From contig OX597824.1 in NCBI GenBank assembly GCA_951406725.2, forward strand, positions 82,708,001 through 82,772,000: a stretch of 64,000 bases of DNA, given 5' to 3'. The position numbers and the translations under genes were made by a program. The notes under the pieces were generated by a model, which was not told where the DNA came from, did not search any database, and worked only from the letters and a program-made list of their open reading frames with translations. Positions 56,353-64,000 of this stretch are shown one piece after another (the stretch's first letter is position 1; every line of letters starts with the position of its first letter). The DNA comes from Octopus vulgaris (taxonomy: Eukaryota).

Positions 56353-57725
56353 CAGACACAGAGACATTCGTACAGAGACAAACATCCACACACACACACA
56401 CAATGTATGTGTATAGGCAGATACACAGACACAAACAGATGTAGACAAACACACGCTCATACACATACACATATGTAAACACACACACACACACAGTGAC
56501 AGATGTGCACGTGCATATAAGCATACAGGCACATACCAACTCATACACACACACACATGCATGCACACACGCACACACACACACACACAAACAAACCCAC
56601 ATACACACACACAAACCTACATACTCACATGCATGGAGACATGCACATGTACACAGATATGCAGACACATGCACACTCACACCCACACATACACACACAT
56701 ATACACACACATATATATATATGTATATATATATGCACAGACTCATACACACACATATATATATAAAGACACACCCACACATACATACACATATATGTAT
56801 ATATATATGCACAGACTCATACATACACATACATATATAAAGACACACCCACACATATATATGTCTCTATATGTATCTATATATATATGCACAGACTCAT
56901 ACACACACACACGCATATATATATATAGACACACATACACATACGCACACAGACGTACAGGTGGAGATGAGGTTAGACAGGGAACCCATTCCAAAACTTA
57001 CGACACAGCGCCACCCTTCCATGCATCCCACCATTCCATTGTGCATCACACCACATTGCACCGCACTGCACTGCCTGCCTGCCGCATACTGGCAGTAGCA
57101 TGGTGCAAGCCTCTGCACAACACGCGTTTGACAGCCATGCATTTGTCACTACCACCACTACCACCACCGCCATCATCATCATCATTATCATCGTCATCGT
57201 CATCTCAAACCAGAGGGGTGACATTCAGACAGACAGACAGACAGACGGACAGATGGGTTACGAAGGGAGAAGTCCCCCATCACTGCCAATGTCACCTTTT
57301 GACATCGTCCCCTCTCGTCGGCATTGTCAGCACATCACCCCAGTCATAACTACCACCACCATAATCATCATCGTCGTCGTTGTCATCACCACCACCATCA
57401 TAATGATTACCAAAACCATGACCACCACCATCACTATGACCATCATCTTTATCATCATCATCATCACCACAGTCAACTCCACCACCACCATTACCACAAT
57501 CATCATCATCATCGTCATCGTCATCATCACCACCACCACCACCACCATCATAATGATTACAACAACCATGACCACCACCATCACCATCACCATCATCTTT
57601 ATCATCATCATCAGCACAGTCAACTCTGCCACCACCATTGCCATCATCATCATCACCATCATCATAATCATCATTACCATCATTCTCACTACAGCCAAAA
57701 CTATTTGTTATTATCATCATCATCA
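53575..57725. repeat. Tandem duplication of a ~2.1-kb unit (copy 1 ~53575-55695, copy 2 ~55696-57725)
   Basis: Unique anchors recur in order, e.g. CCTTACCATAGCTATTTGTCTC (~53622/~55739), GGAGATGAGGTTAGACAGGG (~54921/~56963) and CAGCCAAAACTATTTG (~55671/~57692). Confidence 0.95.
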
Positions 57726-58003
57726 TCATCCTCATCATCATCATCAACATCATCATCATATTATTAATCTAAGAAGACATTCAGACAGTCAGTGAGACAA
57801 ATACGCAAGCAAACGGACAGAAGGACAGAAAGGATTGCGGAACAGTCACAAACAATGGGAGCTGTCCCACCACCACCAACACCACCACCACCACCACCAT
57901 ATCACGCCACATACTTTCTATCTCCCTTTCCACCTCCATTGCCACCACCACCACCACCACCATCGCCATCACCACCGCTGCCGCTTTCCGGCGGAGCCAG
58001 CCA

Positions 58004-58077
58004 TCAACCGAAGTTCCAACCATCAACAAAAGTTATCCTTCGTCTCCTCTCTAACCCGACACTTTCACAATAAGAAG
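58004..58077 (-). CDS. Weak candidate terminal exon (xSYCESVGLERRRRITFVDGWNFG*)
   Basis: Good acceptor TCTCTCCGTCTATCTGCTTCCAG, longest frame ends in TGA; no partner exon identified. Confidence 0.2.
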
Positions 58078-58699
58078 CTGGAAGCAGATAGACGGAGAGA
58101 TAAGGGACCAGTGTAAGAGGGTTGTAAAGCAAATAAACAGCGAGGGAGAGGGGGGGAGAAAGAAAGAAAGAAAGAAAAAAAGAAAGAAAGAATGAAAGAA
58201 AGAAAGAAAGAAAGAAAGAAAAAAAGAAAGAAAGAAAGAAAGAAAAAAATGAGAAAGGGATGAAGCTGGGTGAAAACTAAGGATGAGGGGAGTACGGAGG
58301 GATGGGAAATGAAGAAACCCCCAAGTCAAAATATTCAAAAACTATATATCGCACCCCTACCCAAGAAGCCAAATACAAACATCACCTGCTAAGGGGAGGA
58401 GCAAACCAAAGGCAAATAATGTTGGAAGAAAAAATAATATTTTGTTTTTGAAAAGGTTGTTCTCATAAGAATTTCGTTTCATAGCAACATGAGGGATTTT
58501 CAGTTTTGAAACCCACTGCAGAGTAACCTAGACAAGTGCCTTCTGTTATTTATTTATTTTTTTAATATTTTTTTTGCTGTTTTTAGCTGCAGGTTAACCA
58601 ATGTTTTTATGAGTGGAATTTGATGCATGGAAACTGTGTAGAAGCCCATCATCATCATCAACATATTCATTGTCATCGTTTTAATGTTCTGCTGTGCAA

Positions 58700-59280
58700 A
58701 GGCGGGAAGCTGGCAGAAACATTAGCACTCCGGGCGAAATGCTTAGCGGTATTTCATCTGCCGTTACGTTGGGAGTTCAAATTCCGCCGAGGTCGACTTT
58801 ACCTTTCATCCTTTCGGGGTCGATAAATTAAGTACCAGTTACGCACTGGGGTTGATGTAATCGACTTAATACCTATGTCTGTCCTTGTTTGTCCCTTCTA
58901 TGTTTAGCCCCTTGTGGGTAATAAAGAAATGGGTATTTCATCTGCCGTTATGTTCTGAGTTCAAATTCTGCCGAGGTCAACTTTGCCTTTCACCCTTTCG
59001 GGGTCGATAAATTAAGTACCAGTTATGCACTGGGGTTGATATAATTGACTTAATCCCTTTGTCTGTCGTTGTTTGTCCCCTCTATGTTTAGCCCCTTGTA
59101 GGCAATAAAGAAATAAGTATTTCGTCTGTCTTTACGTTCCAAGTTCAAATTCCGCTGAGGTCGACTTTGCCTTTCATCCTTCCGGGGTCAATAAATTAAG
59201 TACCAGTTGCCTACTGGAGCTGATCTAATTGACTTGCCCCTCTCCCCCAAAAATTTCAGGCCTTGTGCCTAGTGTAGAAA
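58700..59280 (+). mobile_element. SINE family A head-to-tail trimer
   Basis: One tRNA-like head (TGGCAGAAAC A-box) followed by three repeats of GTATTTC...GTTCAAATTC...GGGGTCGATAAATTAAGTACCAG. Confidence 0.9.
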
Positions 59281-60296
59281 AGACTGTTCCCCTGTGCAGA
59301 AGCTTGTCATCATTATCATCATCATCATCATTTTAATATTTCCCTTCCTCATGCTTGTTAAATACAGGGGTCAGTTCATTACACTAACCCCTTAAAACCG
59401 CTAACCTCAAACCAAAATTTAAAACAATTATCATCATCGTTATTTTTAATTGTAATCAGTCAGTGGCACGATTGGTAGCATGCTAGACAAAATGCTTAAT
59501 GGTATTTTGCCCATCTTTAAATTCTGAGTTCAAATTCCACCAGGGTCATCATTGCCTTTCATCTGCTCAGGGTCGATAAAATAAGTACCAGTCGAGCACT
59601 GGAGTCAATATGATTGCCTTACACTGCCACCTCCAAATATGCTGGCCTTGTGCCAAAATTTGAAACCAGCATCTTTGTTTTTGTTTTTGTTGCTGCTGTT
59701 GTTGTTGCCATTAAGCTAAGGTCCTGAGTTTTGTAAACTCTCTTACTCTTTACTCTTTTACTTGTTTCAGTTATTTGACTGTGACCATGCTGGAGCGCCG
59801 ACTTTAGTCAAGCAAATTGACCCCAGGACTTATTTTTTGTATGCCTAGTACTTATTCTATCAGTCCCTTATGCCGAACTGCTAAGTTACGGGGACGTAAA
59901 CACACCAGCATCAGTTGTCAAGCGATGTTGGGGGGGGGGCAAACACAGACACACAAACACACACACACATATATATACATATACATATATACGATGGGCT
60001 TCTTTCAGTTTCTGTCTACCAAATCCACTCACAAGGCTATGGTCGGCCCGAGGCTAATAGTAGAAGACACTTGTCCAAGGTGCCACGCAGTGGGACTGAA
60101 CCTGGAACCATGTGGTTGGTAAGCAAGCTACTTACCACACAGCCACTCCTTTCAGAACATTGGTGTGAATGCTTTGTTGTACTGGATCTGGCTGTCTGGT
60201 CCCTGAGTTCAAATCTTGCTGAGGTCAACCCTATTTTTTATCTTTTTAAGATCAATTCTTCTCTTTCTCTATCTGTCTGTCTGTCTGTCTTCTCTT

Positions 60297-60330
<34 letters not shown>

Positions 60331-60572
60331 TCGCTCTGAAATAGTTAAAATTGCACCATGGGATGGGCTGATCAAGGGTGGGTATTAGTATACTGTCAGA
60401 TGACAGTGCCCACTAATGCCAGCTGGAGCAACACATCAAATAAAGTGCATCTTAGTTGCAGCAATAAAAAAAGGTAAACCGTGCAGAAAGTTAGACAGAA
60501 AAGAAAAATGTTTCTGAAGTCAATGAAGTGCTTAGTACCAGTAATATTCTGGTACTATATTATAAATCTGAA

Positions 60573-60855
60573 TAATACAGTTCTATATTTAAGAGATGAG
60601 GAATTATGTACATTGTTTACATTTGATGGATATTTGTCCTCATCTTGTTTGTTGTTAACACAACATTTCGGCTGATATACCATCCAGCTTTCATCAGGTG
60701 TCAGGGAGAAATTTCGAACCTGGGTTCTCATTCCTAAGCTATTTTCCCAATGTTATTGTTATTATTATTATTATTATAATTCAGTTCACTGCCTGGAATC
60801 GAACACGGAATCTTGGGCTTGGTAGCCCGTGCTCTTAACCACTATGCCATATGCT

Positions 60856-60901
<46 letters not shown>

Positions 60902-61055
60902 TTGATATCGAAAAATGCCTTAGGAATGAGAACGCAGGTTCAAAATTTCCTCAAGACACCTGATGAAGGCTGGAGGGTATATCAGCCAAAATGTTGTGTT
61001 AACAACAAACAAGATGAGGACAAATATCTGTTAAATGTAAATAATGTAAATAATG
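60573..61055 (-). mobile_element. tRNA-headed, hammerhead-bearing short retroelement with head-to-head inverted partial copy and 12-bp TSD
   Basis: TSD TATAAATCTGAA at 60561-60572 and 61056-61067. tRNA-like head on minus at 60791-60854 (TGGCATAGTGG, GTTCGATTCC). HHR motifs at 60657-60702(-) and 60955-61000(+). Arms ~60607-60785 and ~60856-61047 are reverse complements. Confidence 0.8.
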
Positions 61056-61409
61056 TATAAATCTGAAATTGAATAATTAAGATAATGACACAAATTTAAT
61101 TCAAAAGTACAGAAATAAAGCATCAATAAATGAATGACCACAAAGATAAAAATATACATATATACACTTAAATATATATATCATCATCATCATCGTTTAA
61201 CATCCGTTTTCCATGCTGGCATGGGTCGGACGGTTTGACTGAGGACTGGCAAGCCAGGAAGCTGCACATGGCTCCAATGTGATCCGTTCAGATGGTGCTT
61301 TTTCACATGTCAGTGGCACAGGGAGCCAGTCAGGCGACACTGGCATCGGCCACAACACAACAATTTCTATTTTTTTGTTTCAAGTTGATTCAGACTCTTA
61401 ATGTTATTT

Positions 61410-61493
<84 letters not shown>

Positions 61494-61557
61494 GCATACA
61501 TATATATATATATACACACATACATACATATACATATATATATATATATACATACAT

Positions 61558-61588
<31 letters not shown>

Positions 61589-61665
61589 CATACATATACA
61601 TACATACATATACATACATACATACACATATATATATATATATATACATATACATACATACATAC

Positions 61666-61696
<31 letters not shown>

Positions 61697-61742
61697 CATA
61701 CATATATATACATATACATATATACATATACATATATACATA

Positions 61743-61799
<57 letters not shown>

Positions 61800-62499
61800 G
61801 TATGTATTCACAGGATTTGTTGGTCCCCGAGAGGGCAAAAAGGGCAAAAAGGGCAAATGAACAACAGTTTGATGGGATTATAGACAAATAAGATGCTGCA
61901 ATGGTATTTTTATCTGAGTGGTCACCCAAATGGTCAACTGACAGATACATGGTTCAATTTCTCTCAGTGGATGTTTGTTACTCTTGTCTTTCTTAAACTG
62001 GTGATTTTATAATATGTAATCATTATCCTTTTTTATACCAACATCATCACCACCATCATCATCATCATCATTATCATCACTACCACCACTACTATCACAA
62101 GTGCCAGCACAATTGTTTTTGCTGACATCACCTTCACCAACATTCAAGATTAATTATCGTTAGCACCATCACAACCATCTCGACACCATCACCACCATCA
62201 TCACTATCACCACCACCATCACTATCACCACCTCCACCACCACCACCACCGACACCATCACCACCATCATCACTACCACCACCACCACCACCACCACCAC
62301 CACCACCACCACCACCACAAACACCACCACCACAAACACTACTGTCTTCACCATCATCACAAACATTATCACTACTGCCATCACCACGACCATCACTATC
62401 ACCACCACTACCACAAATACCACCACCACCACCACCACAAACACTACTGCCATCACCACCATCATAATTATCATCACCATCACCATCAGATTGATGTTT

Positions 62500-63340
62500 T
62501 TACCATTCTTGCAGAGGATGGCTGAGAGTTCTTTAGCATAGCATCTTGCCACTTGTAGCCCAGTCCTTCATCCGCTTAATAACAGCTTCTTGAGATCACT
62601 GGCCAAAAGGAGGGACAGCCTGTGGAGTGCAGTCGTCATCTTTCAGCCCATGTCTTCTCTGGTCTTCTTCTTCTAGGTTCCTCCAACTTGTGTTGCTTGG
62701 CACTTCTTGAAGCAACTGTCATCCTCCATACACAACACATACATCATCAATATCATCATCATCATTATCATCATCATCATCCTCACCATCTTCATTATCA
62801 TCATCATCATCCTCATCATCATCATCATCATCATCCTCACCATCTTCATCATCACCATCATCATCATCATCATCATCATCATCGTTTAACGTCCGCTTTC
62901 CATGCTGGCATGGGTCGGATGGTTTGACTGGGAACTGTACAACCCAAAGTCTTCTCTCTTGCATACAACATCTAACTCACTTCTTGCATCCAATTTTCCT
63001 CTCACCTCATTAAACTTTTTATCATCCATGCTCACTAATGCTACACATTGAGTGCTACATGCTTGCTTCATTTCTTCCCATCTTTCACGCCACTGCATTC
63101 TCCGCATTAAGTGCTCGTATTTTACAACCATGCAACAGAGCACTTCACAACACTTAAACCACACGCTCCACTCTTCACTCACACTCGGTAGAAGTAATAT
63201 CACTCTGACCTTTTTTTTCGGCTCACTCATACTCAGGCTCGCTATGCTTTTTGGAACAGCTTCGTTCGCTTCTGTTTTGGTCACCAAGGTAACAGAAGCC
63301 ATCAAACTATGTCTATTGAGCAACTAAGCATTTGGAAAAA
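62500..63340 (-). mobile_element. Decayed RTE-like LINE 3' fragment, interrupted by (ATC)n
   Basis: Broken minus-strand translation includes LHGCKI.ALN, NEASML, VRGKL, QERRLW, VLCMEDDSCFKKC and RRRPEKTW, typical of the RTE ORF C-terminus. Confidence 0.7.
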
Positions 63341-63548
63341 GTTCCTTTTATGGATTGGGCTACTACAGCTAGTTTAATCAATCATATGCATTTGGTGCAA
63401 ACTAAGTCATTCCTAGAGTCAACCTGCCTGTGAACCTGCAGCAAGAGGGGGAGGAGGAGAAGAAAGAGAAAAGAAATTGAGAGAAAGTGGGAGAGAGAGC
63501 AAAAGCAGTGCTGTATGAGATGGTACTATATATATATATATATATATA

Positions 63549-63775
63549 CTTTATTTAAAGCAGCAGAAAATTCAACAAAACCTGTTACTCTGAGTTTCCC
63601 GTTGCCGTTCGTCTGACAGTTTTTGCTAGAAAAAAACTGTCGACCGAACGGCAACGGGAAACTCAGAGCAACAGGTTTTGTTGAATTTTCTGCTGCTTTA
63701 AATAAAGCATATTACTCTACCACTGGTATTTGAGTACTCTTTTTCCACCTTGTTTCACATGTATGTGTTTACTCC

Positions 63776-63778
<3 letters not shown>
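63549..63778. mobile_element. Palindromic short element in (TA)n with hammerhead-like motif in both arms and a unique 3' tail
   Basis: 63549-63624 and 63632-63707 are near-perfect reverse complements; each arm reads AAAACTGT-C(AGA/GAC)CGA-ACG-GCAA-CGG-GAAA-CTCAGAG-(T/C)A-ACAGGTTTT. Confidence 0.75.
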
Positions 63779-63820
<42 letters not shown>

Positions 63821-63871
63821 GAGAGAGAGACAGACAGAGACAATAGGGGGAGGTATTGAAAAGGAAACAGG

Positions 63872-63902
<31 letters not shown>

Positions 63903-63903
63903 C

Positions 63904-63935
<32 letters not shown>

Positions 63936-64000
63936 GTTTAACGTCCATGGAAAACGGACATTAAATGATGATGATGATGATGATATATATATATATATAT

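Noticed and set aside
60791-60854. tRNA gene
   Set aside because: Has A and B boxes but no complete acceptor stem or poly-T terminator; it is the head of a repeat element.

Overview
AT-rich eukaryotic (animal) genomic DNA, dominated by (TA)n, (CA)n, (AAT)n, (ATC)n and (ACC)n microsatellites and by tRNA-derived SINEs. The repeat landscape looks like an octopus or other coleoid cephalopod genome; this is inferred from recognising the repeats, not from a database search. Nearly all ORFs in the supplied track are microsatellite artefacts. Coding evidence is limited to one fairly convincing minus-strand terminal exon (38733-38876) and a few weaker candidate exons; I do not recognise the gene. The main unexplained signal is a set of short, mutually unrelated elements, mostly inside (TA)n tracts, that carry type I hammerhead-ribozyme (HHR) motifs with a short palindromic stem III. 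One at 903-1001 has a fully intact catalytic core. Degenerate ones lie at about 8.1, 8.6, 14.3, 31.1, 60.7/61.0 and 63.6 kb, several as head-to-head inverted pairs. One (60573-61055) joins a tRNA-derived Pol III head to an HHR and is bounded by a 12-bp target-site duplication, suggesting a ribozyme-bearing SINE/retrozyme family mobilised by Penelope-like elements. Also present: piggyBac-, hAT- and Tigger-like MITEs, an RTE-like LINE remnant, several satellites, a ~2.1-kb tandem duplication, a cluster of RFX X-box-like motifs and a triple AGGTCA (DR4) array. There is no CRISPR array, rRNA or intact tRNA. All folds were assigned by eye, and repeat boundaries are approximate.
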